Below, piece after piece: positions 1 to 9,881 of a stretch of DNA of 64,000 nt. Numbering within the stretch: position 1 is the stretch's first letter; each line of letters starts with the position of its first letter. Source of the stretch: Vulcanimicrobiota bacterium (lineage in GTDB: Bacteria > Vulcanimicrobiota > Vulcanimicrobiia > Vulcanimicrobiales > Vulcanimicrobiaceae); NCBI GenBank assembly GCA_963777315.1, contig CAVZQC010000001.1, positions 224,001 through 288,000 of the forward strand, written 5' to 3'. A program made the position numbers and the translations under genes. A model generated the notes under the pieces. The model saw only the letters and a list, made by a program, of their open reading frames with translations, was not told the DNA's origin and did not search any database.

Positions 1-1304
1 TCGGCGCCGAGCTCGACAACGATCCGCGAGCCAGGCCCGACGCGCAGAACATCGTGGACGCCATGCGCCCGGACGGTCTGATTCGCTCGGTGCATTTCCT
101 GACGATCGAGCACCCCGAGAAAGGCCCGGACTGGCAATGGCCGTTCGACAACCCCGAGTTCAAGGATCTTTACGACGCGATCGGCACCGAGCGCGTTTGG
201 GAACTCTACGTGGCCAAGCTGCTCGACGACGTCGAAAAGCTTCCCGGGCACATCGTGGGCCACTTCTACGTTCCTGCGACGTTCGGGCATTGGCCCGCTG
301 CCGCACGGTTGGAACAGTATGAGGACCGGCTGCTGGACGCATGCGCGGCGCGCGGAATGGCCGTCGAGATCAACACGCGGTTTCTCTACCGCGACAATCC
401 CGAAGAGCTCAAGCAGAAATATCGCGGCGCGCTTGCGCGGCTGATGCGCAAAGCCAAAGCCCGAGGCGTCGGCATCGCCATCGGCTCGGACGCTCATAGC
501 CCCAAGGATCAGGGCAACGCATTTGGTTCGGTTCTCAAAATGCTCGACGAGGCGAAGATCAACGAGATCGTGTTCCCCGTCGGCGGCCGCTTGGCGCGCG
601 TCGCGCTGCGCGCCACCAAAGAGCATTTGCAAAAGATCAAAGCGCAAGAACCGCTGCCTGCGCCGGGCAGCAGCATCAGCGGATTCGGGAGAGCCGAACT
701 GGGTTTACCCGAGCGCGAGGAAGCCCAAGAGCGTGAAAAAGCCGGCTCCCATTCCAAGTCCGGACGCGACTTAGGACCGCGCAAGCGCGCGAGCAGCCCG
801 GCGCGTTCGAGCAAGAGACCCGTCAAAGACTTGGGCGACGGCAAAGCAAAAACCCTCGAGCCCCCCAAGCCTGTGCCCAAGGGCCGGGTTCGCGCGACGG
901 CCGCCGCCAAGCCGGTAAAACCGGCCAAAACCGCGCCCAAGAGTTCAAGGCCGGCGCCGAAAGCGCCGGCTCAGGCGGCTAAGGCGGCCAAGCCTGCCAA
1001 GCCTGCCAAGCCTGCCGTGAAGTCCTCGTCAAAGCCGGCGGCAAAGAAGCCCGCCGGGAAAACGGTCAAGGCTGCGGCCAAATCCAAGGCGTCGCGCGCC
1101 GTTAAAGCAGCCAAGGCGCCCAGCCGCCGGAACGCTTCGGCCAAAAAATCCACGCCGGCCAAACGTTCGCCCGCAAAGAAAGCTTCCGGCAAGAAGGCCG
1201 CTCCCGGCAAGAAGGCCCCCGCGAAAAAGCGCGCCGGGACCACGCGCAAAGTTTCCGCGGCCAAGCGAACGGCAACAAAGAAATCACCTTCGAAACGCCG
1301 CTGA
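1..1304 (+). CDS. PHP-domain (histidinol-phosphatase-like) protein with Lys/Ala/Pro-rich histone H1-like C-terminal tail; 5' end lies outside the window
   Basis: PHP motifs IRSVH, IVGH, AVEINT and GSDAH; last ~170 aa are PAKK/AAKK low-complexity repeats. Confidence 0.75.
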   Translation, partial: GAELDNDPRARPDAQNIVDAMRPDGLIRSVHFLTIEHPEKGPDWQWPFDNPEFKDLYDAIGTERVWELYVAKLLDDVEKLPGHIVGHFYVPATFGHWPAAARLEQYEDRLLDACAARGMAVEINTRFLYRDNPEELKQKYRGALARLMRKAKARGVGIAIGSDAHSPKDQGNAFGSVLKMLDEAKINEIVFPVGGRLARVALRATKEHLQKIKAQEPLPAPGSSISGFGRAELGLPEREEAQEREKAGSHSKSGRDLGPRKRASSPARSSKRPVKDLGDGKAKTLEPPKPVPKGRVRATAAAKPVKPAKTAPKSSRPAPKAPAQAAKAAKPAKPAKPAVKSSSKPAAKKPAGKTVKAAAKSKASRAVKAAKAPSRRNASAKKSTPAKRSPAKKASGKKAAPGKKAPAKKRAGTTRKVSAAKRTATKKSPSKRR

Positions 1305-1316
1305 GGAGTCTGGTTC

Positions 1317-3377
1317 GTGCCTGATATTTCGCGCGTACGCAACGTCGGCATCGTCGGCTCTCACCATGCCGGAAAAACCACGCTGGTCGAAGCAATCCTT
1401 TCGCATTGCGCGGCAATCGGCCGCAAGGGTACCGTAATAGAAGGCACCACGACCACGGACTACGAGCTGGAATGCATCAATCACGCGCAGTCGACGACCG
1501 TCGGCTTCGCGCACTGCGCGTGCGGGGCAAACGGCGAGGAGCCGATCGAAATGACGCTCGTCGACTGCCCCGGCTTCATCGATTTTTTCGAAGAGACGAA
1601 ACTGGCGCTTTCCGGGTGCGACGCGGCGGTGGTCGTCGTCGACGCAGATCCGTCTCGCGTCGCGCAAACGCAGGCCGTCGTGGAGTTCATCGAGTCCCGT
1701 AAACTGCCGCATTTGTTCCTCGTGAATAAAATGGATCGTCCCGGTTCGGATTTTGCCGGCACGCTGACGGCCTTGCAGGCCTCGTACGGGCGTCACGTCG
1801 TTGCCGAGCAATGGCCCGTCGGCGCAGCCGACGCATTCAAGGGCTACGTCGATTTGGCCGAACGCAAAGCGTATTCGTTCCAGGGCGCCGGCGAGCAAGA
1901 GTCCGGCGTTCCGGCCGAGATTCAGGAAGAGGTCGAGCTCGCGCGTGGTCAGCTGCTTGAAGCTATGGCCGATTTCGACGACCACCTCATGGAAGAGCTG
2001 CTCGAAGGGGTCGAGCCTCCGCAAGACGAGGTGCGTGAAGATCTCTGCAAGGAATGCGCGCACGATCAAATCGTGCCCGTGCTGGCCGCAGCCGCGCTGT
2101 CGGGCCAGGGCGTTGCGGCGGTCGTGCAGGCGATCCAAAAATGGTTTCCGTCGCCCCGAGAAACGCCGCTGGTCGATGCCGAAGGACGGCAAATCGACGT
2201 CACCGACGGCGGTCCCGTAGTCGCATACGTCATCAAGACAATTGTGCATCCGCAGTCGGGGAAAATATCCGTAGTGCGCGTGCTCTCGGGCACACTCAAA
2301 TCGGATGCGACCTTGACCGACATCTCCAAAGGCTCCGATAAGGTCCGTTGCGGCGGGTTGTACCGTTTGCAGGGCAAAAAACAGGAAGCGATTGCACAGG
2401 CGGGTCCCGGAAGCATCGTCGCCATCGGCCGCCTGGAAAACGTTTCCACCGGCGACACGCTGACCGAAAACGGCTACAAGATTCTTTTGCCGCGCGTGGC
2501 GGCTTCCGACCCGGTTTACGCCGTTGCCATCAAGCCCAAAGACCGGATGGACGAAGCGAAGATTTCACAGATGCTGGCCCGGATCATCGACGAGGATCCG
2601 GCGCTTCGTCTCGAGCGCGCGCCGATTACCAACGAATTGCTGCTCCTGGGCTGCGGCGAACAGCACGTTGCCATCGCCGTCGAACGGCTCACCCGCAAAT
2701 TCAAAGTCGAGGCGACGACGGCGCCGCCGGCGATCCCGTATCAAGAAACCATCGGCGCGGGCACCGAAGTTCACGGGCGATACAAACACCAAACCGGCGG
2801 CCATGGGCAATTCGGCGACGTATGGCTGCGCTTTGCTCCGCGCGAGCGCGGCAACGGCGCGACGTTCGAAGAACGAATCGTCGGCGGCGTGGTGCCGCGT
2901 CAGTTCATCCCCGCCGTGGAGAAAGGGGTGCGCGAAGCGCTCATGCACGGCAGCATCGGGGGGTATCCGGTGACCGACGTTCACGTCGTACTGTTTGACG
3001 GCGCGTACCACGACGTGGACTCGAGCGAACAGTCGTTCCGGACTGCAGCCGGAATGGCAGTGCGCGAAGCGCTTCCCAAGTGCAGCCCCGTAGTGCTCGA
3101 GCCTATCGTTCGCGTGCACGTCACGGTGCCGGCCGCGTACACCTCCACGGTCATTCAACAACTGACGGGCAAACGCGGTCAAATCCTGGGAATGAGCCCG
3201 GCGGAAAAGCCGGGGCACGACGTCGTCGAAGCCGACGTTCCGCAGGTCGAGCTTTCACGCTACATCACCGAATTGCGCACTGCCACCCAAGGTTTGGGCA
3301 CGTACGCCTGGCGTCACGAACGATTCGATCCCGTACCGGGCAAGTGGACCGGCCCGAAGGCCGCCGCCGGAGCGTAG
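1317..3377 (+). CDS. Elongation factor G paralog (EF-G2-like translational GTPase)
   Basis: GSHHAGKTT, DCPG and NKMD motifs; domain IV motifs KHQTGGHGQFGDV and DGAYHDVDSS; 686 aa. Confidence 0.9.
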   Translation: MPDISRVRNVGIVGSHHAGKTTLVEAILSHCAAIGRKGTVIEGTTTTDYELECINHAQSTTVGFAHCACGANGEEPIEMTLVDCPGFIDFFEETKLALSGCDAAVVVVDADPSRVAQTQAVVEFIESRKLPHLFLVNKMDRPGSDFAGTLTALQASYGRHVVAEQWPVGAADAFKGYVDLAERKAYSFQGAGEQESGVPAEIQEEVELARGQLLEAMADFDDHLMEELLEGVEPPQDEVREDLCKECAHDQIVPVLAAAALSGQGVAAVVQAIQKWFPSPRETPLVDAEGRQIDVTDGGPVVAYVIKTIVHPQSGKISVVRVLSGTLKSDATLTDISKGSDKVRCGGLYRLQGKKQEAIAQAGPGSIVAIGRLENVSTGDTLTENGYKILLPRVAASDPVYAVAIKPKDRMDEAKISQMLARIIDEDPALRLERAPITNELLLLGCGEQHVAIAVERLTRKFKVEATTAPPAIPYQETIGAGTEVHGRYKHQTGGHGQFGDVWLRFAPRERGNGATFEERIVGGVVPRQFIPAVEKGVREALMHGSIGGYPVTDVHVVLFDGAYHDVDSSEQSFRTAAGMAVREALPKCSPVVLEPIVRVHVTVPAAYTSTVIQQLTGKRGQILGMSPAEKPGHDVVEADVPQVELSRYITELRTATQGLGTYAWRHERFDPVPGKWTGPKAAAGA

Positions 3378-3414
3378 CGAACAGCGCGGTTCTTACTCAG
3401 TGGAGGATTCCTTG

Positions 3415-5043
3415 GTGAAACGTCTTCTGGCGGCCGCCGCTTTGGGCGCGCTGCTCGCGAGCTGTACCCAAAGCGGAACGTCCGGAACGTCGGGTCGAAA
3501 CGCAGGCGGTCAACCCGGTACGCTGCGCATGTCGATTCAGCAGGACGTAAAGAATCTCAATCCGCTGCTCAATTCGAACACCACCGACGGCATGATCGCG
3601 TTTCTGATGTTCGAGCCCCTGCTGCACTCGGACGTCCAGGGCAATCCGGTACCGATGCTGGCCGCACAAGTGCCTACGCTGCAGAACGGCGGAATCTCCA
3701 AGGACGGCCTGACGATCACATATCACCTGCGCAAGAACGTAAAGTGGAGCGACGGCGTCCCGGTGACGTCCAAAGACGTGAAGTGGTCCTGGCAAGCCAT
3801 CGTCGACAAGAACAACAACATCATCTCCACGCACGGCTACGATTACGTGCGCAGCGTCGGCACGCCCGACGATTACACGGTCGTCGTGCACCTCAAACAG
3901 AGATTCGCGCCGTTCATCAACACGTTTTTTGCCGACAGCGACCAGCCCTATCCCGTGGCTCCGGCGCACGTTCTATCCAAGTATCCGAACATCAATCAGA
4001 TTCCGTTCAACAACAATCCCAACGTCAGCGACGGTCCCTTTAAATTCGTGCGCTGGGTGCATGGCGATCACATGGAGTTCGCCGCGAACGACGCTTTCTT
4101 CATGGGCAAGCCGGGACTGCGCAGCATCTACATTCGCATCGTTCCGGACGAAAACACGGCGATCAATCTCTTGCGCACGCACGAGCTGGACTGGATGTAC
4201 CAGGCGTCGATCAACAATTATCCGCAAGCGCGCAATATCCCCGGGGTCCGGCTCGCCTGGGTCGACGTCAACGGCTACGAGTACAGCCAATTGAACGTCC
4301 AGCGGCCGTACTTGCAGGACGCGCGCGTGCGGCGCGCCATCGCGTACGCGATAGACAAGCGGCGCATCGTCGACACGACGACGTTCGGCCAAGAAAAAAT
4401 CGCAACCGAGGATCAGCCTCCGTTCATGTGGTCGCACGATCCCGGGATCGCAGACTATCCGTTCGATCCGGCCAAAGCGCGCCAATTGCTCGAGCAGGCG
4501 GGCTGGTCGCCCGGGCCCGGCGGCATCATGACCAAGGGCGGGCAGCCGCTCACGCTGGTCATGGTCAGCAACAACAGCAACGTGACGCGCCGCAAAAACA
4601 GCGTGCTGCTGCAAGCGATGCTGCGGCAAGCCGGCATTCAAGTGGAGGTGAAGTACTACCCGGGCGACGTGCTGTTCGCGCCGGCCGGCGAAGGCGGCAT
4701 TCTTCAGAGCGGAAAATTCGACATTTCGCTCGCGGGCTGGTACTCGGGTATCGATCCCGACGACGCTTCGCAATTGACCTGCGCGAACGTGGCGCCCAAC
4801 GGGTACAACTATTCGCGGTATTGCAATGCGGAAATGGACGCGGCGCAAAACATCGCCCTGGACAACTACGACCGGCCAACGCGCAAGAAAGCATACTTTC
4901 ACATTCAGCAGCTGCTGCATCGCGACGTGCCGATGATATACTACTGGTACACGCGTCAGATGCAACCCGTCAGCGTAAACTTCAAGGGATTCGCCCCCAA
5001 TCCGGTGACCGAATCCTGGAACGCGTGGCAATGGAGTATCTAG
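3415..5043 (+). CDS. Peptide/nickel ABC transporter substrate-binding lipoprotein (family 5, OppA/AppA-like)
   Basis: Lipobox LASC after a hydrophobic leader; LRKNVKWSDGVPVTSKDV family 5 signature; GPFKF. Confidence 0.9.
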   Translation: MKRLLAAAALGALLASCTQSGTSGTSGRNAGGQPGTLRMSIQQDVKNLNPLLNSNTTDGMIAFLMFEPLLHSDVQGNPVPMLAAQVPTLQNGGISKDGLTITYHLRKNVKWSDGVPVTSKDVKWSWQAIVDKNNNIISTHGYDYVRSVGTPDDYTVVVHLKQRFAPFINTFFADSDQPYPVAPAHVLSKYPNINQIPFNNNPNVSDGPFKFVRWVHGDHMEFAANDAFFMGKPGLRSIYIRIVPDENTAINLLRTHELDWMYQASINNYPQARNIPGVRLAWVDVNGYEYSQLNVQRPYLQDARVRRAIAYAIDKRRIVDTTTFGQEKIATEDQPPFMWSHDPGIADYPFDPAKARQLLEQAGWSPGPGGIMTKGGQPLTLVMVSNNSNVTRRKNSVLLQAMLRQAGIQVEVKYYPGDVLFAPAGEGGILQSGKFDISLAGWYSGIDPDDASQLTCANVAPNGYNYSRYCNAEMDAAQNIALDNYDRPTRKKAYFHIQQLLHRDVPMIYYWYTRQMQPVSVNFKGFAPNPVTESWNAWQWSI

Positions 5044-5582
5044 GACCGCGCGACCCTATCGCGCGGATCCCCGATCTGAACTGGCTGCGCAAAGTCATCG
5101 TGGAGCGCGCCCTTACCCGGGGTGACTACGTTCTGTCCGGCGGCGCTCGCAGCGACTACTACATCGACAAGTTCAGGCTCTTTTCCGACCCGCAGGTGCT
5201 GCGCCGGATCGCCCGGTTGTTCGTGCCGATCATTTCGGACATTACCCCGGACCTCATCGCGGGCACGGAGCTCGGCGGCGTCGTCATCGCGACGGCGGTC
5301 TCCCAACTGAGCAACATTCCCCTGCTCGCGGTCCGCAAGGAGCCCAAGGGCTACGGCGCGTTTCCGGGGGAATACGTCGAGGGGCCGTACGAGCCGGGTC
5401 AAAAGGTGCTGCTCCTCGAAGACGTAGTGACCAGCGGGCGGGAGCTGCTGGCTGCCAAAGCGCGCCTGGAGGAACTCAATCTACAGGTGACCTGCTATGC
5501 CGTGGTCAGCCGGGGGCTGGCACCGGTGCGTTCGCTCATACAATTCTCGTTGCCAAGAGGGCGGCCCCAGACGGAAAATTAG
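5031..5582 (+). CDS. pyrE: Orotate phosphoribosyltransferase-like protein
   Basis: C-terminal part of ORF 4428..5582: LSGGARSDYYID, ELGG, VRKEPKGYG, PRPP motif LLLEDVVTSG. Confidence 0.8.
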   Translation: MEYLGPRDPIARIPDLNWLRKVIVERALTRGDYVLSGGARSDYYIDKFRLFSDPQVLRRIARLFVPIISDITPDLIAGTELGGVVIATAVSQLSNIPLLAVRKEPKGYGAFPGEYVEGPYEPGQKVLLLEDVVTSGRELLAAKARLEELNLQVTCYAVVSRGLAPVRSLIQFSLPRGRPQTEN

Positions 5583-5712
5583 TAGCCGTCCTGAAGCGCT
5601 TGGGCACTAAGGACCACCCCTCGGCAGCTACACTTAACGGTGCGCCCGGTCGATTGCTATTAAGAGGGCGGCGTTGTAGCTTGGGCAGGCAGTCAATCCA
5701 CGGCGTTATCTT

Positions 5713-7500
5713 GTGGGGGAGTTCGCTATCTTGCACGCAAAGGACGCAAGCGCTATAAGAGCGGCACACGCGCCGGGAGAGCATCTCGCTCGCTTGCGCG
5801 CGCTGTGGGATCTTGCGTTGCGCGACGACGCGACCCAAACTCAAATCGACGGCGTGCTGCGCGAAGCGCGCACGGCTCTGCACTGCGACTACGTTGAAGT
5901 GTGGAACGACGCCGCGCGCCAGCGCATGGCTTACGCGTCCGACGAGCATCTGCCCCGGCCCATCGGTTCGAGCGCCTTGTCCCGCAATGCCGCCGACGAC
6001 AAACCGACGATGTTCTTTCGCGATCCCGGCGAACATACTGCACTGCAGGAAATTCTGCGATCGCTCGGCTGGTCGACGATCCTCGTTCGAAGTTTTCAAA
6101 CCGGCGAGCATCGTTCGACCCTGTCCTTTGCATGGAAGACAGCGCGGCAGACGTTCGTGTCGGAGGTCGAACTGCAATACGTTGATTTCTTGACGCACGT
6201 CGTTTCGCGTCTCATCGAACTTGCCGAAAAGCAGCGGCAAATCAACGATAAGATGCTCAACGACCCGCTCACGGGATTGCACAACCGCGCGGCTACGCTC
6301 GATCACGCGGCGCTCATGCTTTCTTCGGCGAACCGCACCGGCGCGCCGCTGGCATTTCTGTACGTCGATCTCGACGGGTTCAAGGCCATCAACGATTCGT
6401 ATGGCCACGCTATCGGCGATAGAGCCATTGCCGAAGCGGCCAACCGCATGCGTTCGGCGCTGCGCCGGCACGAGATTGCCGGCCGTATCGGCGGCGACGA
6501 GTTCGCGGTGCTGGTCAACTTCAACGAAGACGGCGAACTCGAAGCCATCGCCCATCGCCTGCTCGAAGCGATCGCGGCGCCCATGACGTACAACGGCGTG
6601 GAAGTGCGCTTGAGCGCGAGCGTAGGCATTGCGGTCTTCCCGCAGGACGGTACGAGCGCCGAAGAGCTGCTCGCGCACGCCGACGCGGCAATGTACATCG
6701 CCAAGCGCAGCAGCGGCGCGGGATATGCCTTCTACGAAAGCGCCAAGTACGAGCCGGTACTGCTCCAGCAAGCCGAGACCCGCGATCCCGCAGGCAATGC
6801 GGATCGCCCATTCATCCTGTGCTTTCAGCCCATCGTCGATTCGAGAACCGGCCGCATCATCGCAGCCGAAGCCCTCATTCGCTGGCTGCATCCAACGCAC
6901 GGCCTTCTGCTCCCGGACAGTTCTCCGGACGACGGCGGCCGTTCGAGCGTACCGGCTCATATCGATCGCGCGGTCATCGAAGCGGTCTTCGACAGCGAGA
7001 AATATCGCGAAACTGCGCGCTCGATTCCCGTGCACGTCAACGTGAGCGAAGCTGCGGAAAATTTGTTTTCGGCTTATTCGAGCAGCCAGGCCAACATCGC
7101 GATCGAGATTCCGGAAATGCTGGTCGCCGACGACCCCGAGCGGTACGCCGCGTTCATTGCGCACATACGGGAACGCGGCTTCAGCGTCGGTCTTTCGAGC
7201 TTCGGCAACGCTGGGCTGGCACTGCGTCTGCTAGCGGATTTGCCGCTTGATTTCGTCAAGATCGGTCCCAAGCTGATCCCGGGAAAGCGGTTCGGCGCCG
7301 GTTCTGCCGCTGCCGCGAAGGCTGCGATCAAACAAGCCCATCACTTCGGATGGTCCGTAATCGCCGAAAACGTCGAAGAAGAATCGCAGCGCGAATGGCT
7401 GATCGGCGCGGGCGTCGACGGACTTCAGGGATACTACATCTGCAGCCCGCTCACGCAGCGCGACTTTGCCAACTGGCTACGCTACCGAGCCGCGCAATGA
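5713..7500 (+). CDS. GAF-like sensor + GGDEF diguanylate cyclase + degenerate EAL domain
   Basis: DPLTGLHNR, DLDGFKAINDSYGH and intact GGDEF; FQPIVD...EALIRW present, but DDFGTG replaced by SSFGNAG. Confidence 0.9.
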   Translation: MGEFAILHAKDASAIRAAHAPGEHLARLRALWDLALRDDATQTQIDGVLREARTALHCDYVEVWNDAARQRMAYASDEHLPRPIGSSALSRNAADDKPTMFFRDPGEHTALQEILRSLGWSTILVRSFQTGEHRSTLSFAWKTARQTFVSEVELQYVDFLTHVVSRLIELAEKQRQINDKMLNDPLTGLHNRAATLDHAALMLSSANRTGAPLAFLYVDLDGFKAINDSYGHAIGDRAIAEAANRMRSALRRHEIAGRIGGDEFAVLVNFNEDGELEAIAHRLLEAIAAPMTYNGVEVRLSASVGIAVFPQDGTSAEELLAHADAAMYIAKRSSGAGYAFYESAKYEPVLLQQAETRDPAGNADRPFILCFQPIVDSRTGRIIAAEALIRWLHPTHGLLLPDSSPDDGGRSSVPAHIDRAVIEAVFDSEKYRETARSIPVHVNVSEAAENLFSAYSSSQANIAIEIPEMLVADDPERYAAFIAHIRERGFSVGLSSFGNAGLALRLLADLPLDFVKIGPKLIPGKRFGAGSAAAAKAAIKQAHHFGWSVIAENVEEESQREWLIGAGVDGLQGYYICSPLTQRDFANWLRYRAAQ

Positions 7501-9881
7501 CGATGAAGCCACTAACCCGCACGCGGCTCACCGCGCGTCTGCACGCGGCCTCAAAACGCCCCGCGACGGTCATTTGCGCTCCGGAAGGCTTCGGGAAGAC
7601 CACCGCGGTTCGCAGGTTTTTGCAAGAGCATCCGGCCGCGACGCTGGAATTGGAGCTGCTGCGCGAACACGGCTCGCTCACGTCGTTTGCGCGCGGCCTG
7701 GCAGAAACGCTTGCGCCCGTCGCGCCGGGCCTACCGTCCTCGTTCGCGCGCGCCATGGAGTTCGCGTTCCAGTCGTCGCGCGTGGAAGACGAGTTGGCGA
7801 TTTGGTTTCTTGGGCACCTCGATCGCCACGCCTCCCGAACGATACTCATCGACGATCTCCACCATGCCGCGGACGAGCGGATACTGCGGCTGCTCGAGCG
7901 CTTGGTGACCGATTCGCCGCCGGGCTATCGCTGGCTCATCGCGTCGCGAGAGATGCCGGCTCCGGCGGAACGCTGGCTGGAGCGTGACCTTTGCGCCCGG
8001 CCCGTTGACGAGAATGACCTGCGGCTCACGCAAAGCGAGATGCACGAGATCGCGGCATCGATGGAACTTTCGCAGACGCAGACGGCTTCGCTCGAGGAGA
8101 TGACCCGTGGCTGGCCGCTCGCCTTCAGTTTGGGTGCGAGCCTTCCGCGCTGGATCGATCGCCTGCACCAGCTGCGTCCGGCCAGCGCCGAAGGCGTGTA
8201 CGCATTTTTTGCCGAGCAATTCTTTTTGCAGTGCGACGATCGCCTCAAAGAACTGCTGCTCGATACCTGCGTCTTCACCACGCTCGATCGCGACGTCATT
8301 GCCAAAAGCCCATGGCGCCGTTCTTGGCCTGCGCTGCGCGACCTGGCCGCGGACGGACGGCTCGTATCCCTTCGGCGCGACGGTTCGATTCAATTGCGCG
8401 ATCTCTTCCGAACGTTCTTGGAACAGCGCCTGGAGCAGGAAACCGCCACGACGGTTTCCGAGGCCTGCACGACGGCGGCGAATTTGTTGGAGAACTGCGG
8501 GCGGGTAGCCGACGCTTTGCGTTTGTATGCGCGCGCGGGCAACGATGCCGGGGTTCTGCAGCTGTGCGAACGCTACGGGTTCGCGCTCGTCGACGAGGGG
8601 CGCCTGGACGACTTGAAGAGCGCCTTGGCGACCGTCGCTGCCGACGCGGCTGACGGGAGCGCGGTAGCATTGGCGGTAAAGGGGATCGCCGAAGCCAACG
8701 CCGCTCGAAGCGACATCGCGGAATCGTGGTACTTGCACGCGATCGACAAGGCGCAAGGCACCGTCTCGCGAGCCGAGATCGCCTACCGTTACGGCCTCGA
8801 GCTCGTGCGGCAAGGCCGCTTGGACGGCATCGAACTACTCGAGCAATACGTCGGCAAAACGCTTCCGGTAGAACTGGACGCATCGCTGCGATCGACGCTC
8901 GCAACGGCGTACGTGCTGGCCGAGCGATTCGACGACGCGCGAACGATGATGGATACGGCGCTTGGGCTGGTGGACCCATCCGCGTCCAAGCCGCTGCAAG
9001 CCAAAATTCATCACCACGCCGCGTGGGTCGCGCTGTTCACCGGTCAAATCGCCACCGCGCGCAACTGCGCGACGCTGGCAGTGGAATCCGCGCTCGAATG
9101 CGCCATGTACGACGTCGCGGCTCGCGCGTATTCGGTACTGTACAACATTTCGTATGACGTCGAAGACAGCCCTATCGCAACGCTGGAAATTTTGGACCGC
9201 ATTCTGGACTGCGGGCTGAAAGCCGGCAGCGAGCAAGTCCGGCTTTTTGCGCTGCTGGGGAGCATCGATATTCGCGCCGAAATCGGTGACGCCGACGGTC
9301 TGCGTAAAATCGAAAAAATACTCGATGCGCATAGCATCGATTATGCCAGCCGAGCGACTACGGAAGCGCTGTTGCCCGCAGAAGCGCTCACCCTTGCCGG
9401 CAGCGGACGCTTCGGGGATGCGTATAATTTGATTTTCCCCACCGGCGAACGCCAAGTTACGGCCGACCGTAAAGCGCTTCGGTTTTCCGAGATTGCGTTC
9501 TACGCCTCAGCCGCCGGATTCACCGAAAAAGCGAAGCTTGCGCTCGCCGAAGTAGAAAACCATTTGCGGCAAAGCGATCCGGCTTCGCGGCGCACCATCC
9601 GCACGCAGCTCTACTATGCGCTTGCCGTTCGGCTTCTTGGCCGCATCGGCGAAGCGTACGATATGTTGCGGCTCGTATCCGAGCAACGCGATGCGATGTC
9701 TGCGCGCTTGCGCGCCCTGTACGCCTGCGTCAACGCCATTTTCGATCACTGGGAAAGCGCCGATAACTACGATGCTCTCTACGTAGCGCTGCACGAGCTG
9801 CGCGCAGAGCATTTCGGCGGAGTAGGAGCTGCGCTGGCAGCTCTCCCATGCGCACAGGAGCAGATGCAAATTGCTGGATAG
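7497..9881 (+). CDS. MalT-like STAND ATPase with TPR-like helical sensor region, no C-terminal LuxR HTH
   Basis: Walker A APEGFGKTT, Walker B ILIDDLH, ASR, DLRLT and TRGWP motifs of the MalT family; ATGA overlap with the upstream gene. Confidence 0.8.
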   Translation: MTMKPLTRTRLTARLHAASKRPATVICAPEGFGKTTAVRRFLQEHPAATLELELLREHGSLTSFARGLAETLAPVAPGLPSSFARAMEFAFQSSRVEDELAIWFLGHLDRHASRTILIDDLHHAADERILRLLERLVTDSPPGYRWLIASREMPAPAERWLERDLCARPVDENDLRLTQSEMHEIAASMELSQTQTASLEEMTRGWPLAFSLGASLPRWIDRLHQLRPASAEGVYAFFAEQFFLQCDDRLKELLLDTCVFTTLDRDVIAKSPWRRSWPALRDLAADGRLVSLRRDGSIQLRDLFRTFLEQRLEQETATTVSEACTTAANLLENCGRVADALRLYARAGNDAGVLQLCERYGFALVDEGRLDDLKSALATVAADAADGSAVALAVKGIAEANAARSDIAESWYLHAIDKAQGTVSRAEIAYRYGLELVRQGRLDGIELLEQYVGKTLPVELDASLRSTLATAYVLAERFDDARTMMDTALGLVDPSASKPLQAKIHHHAAWVALFTGQIATARNCATLAVESALECAMYDVAARAYSVLYNISYDVEDSPIATLEILDRILDCGLKAGSEQVRLFALLGSIDIRAEIGDADGLRKIEKILDAHSIDYASRATTEALLPAEALTLAGSGRFGDAYNLIFPTGERQVTADRKALRFSEIAFYASAAGFTEKAKLALAEVENHLRQSDPASRRTIRTQLYYALAVRLLGRIGEAYDMLRLVSEQRDAMSARLRALYACVNAIFDHWESADNYDALYVALHELRAEHFGGVGAALAALPCAQEQMQIAG

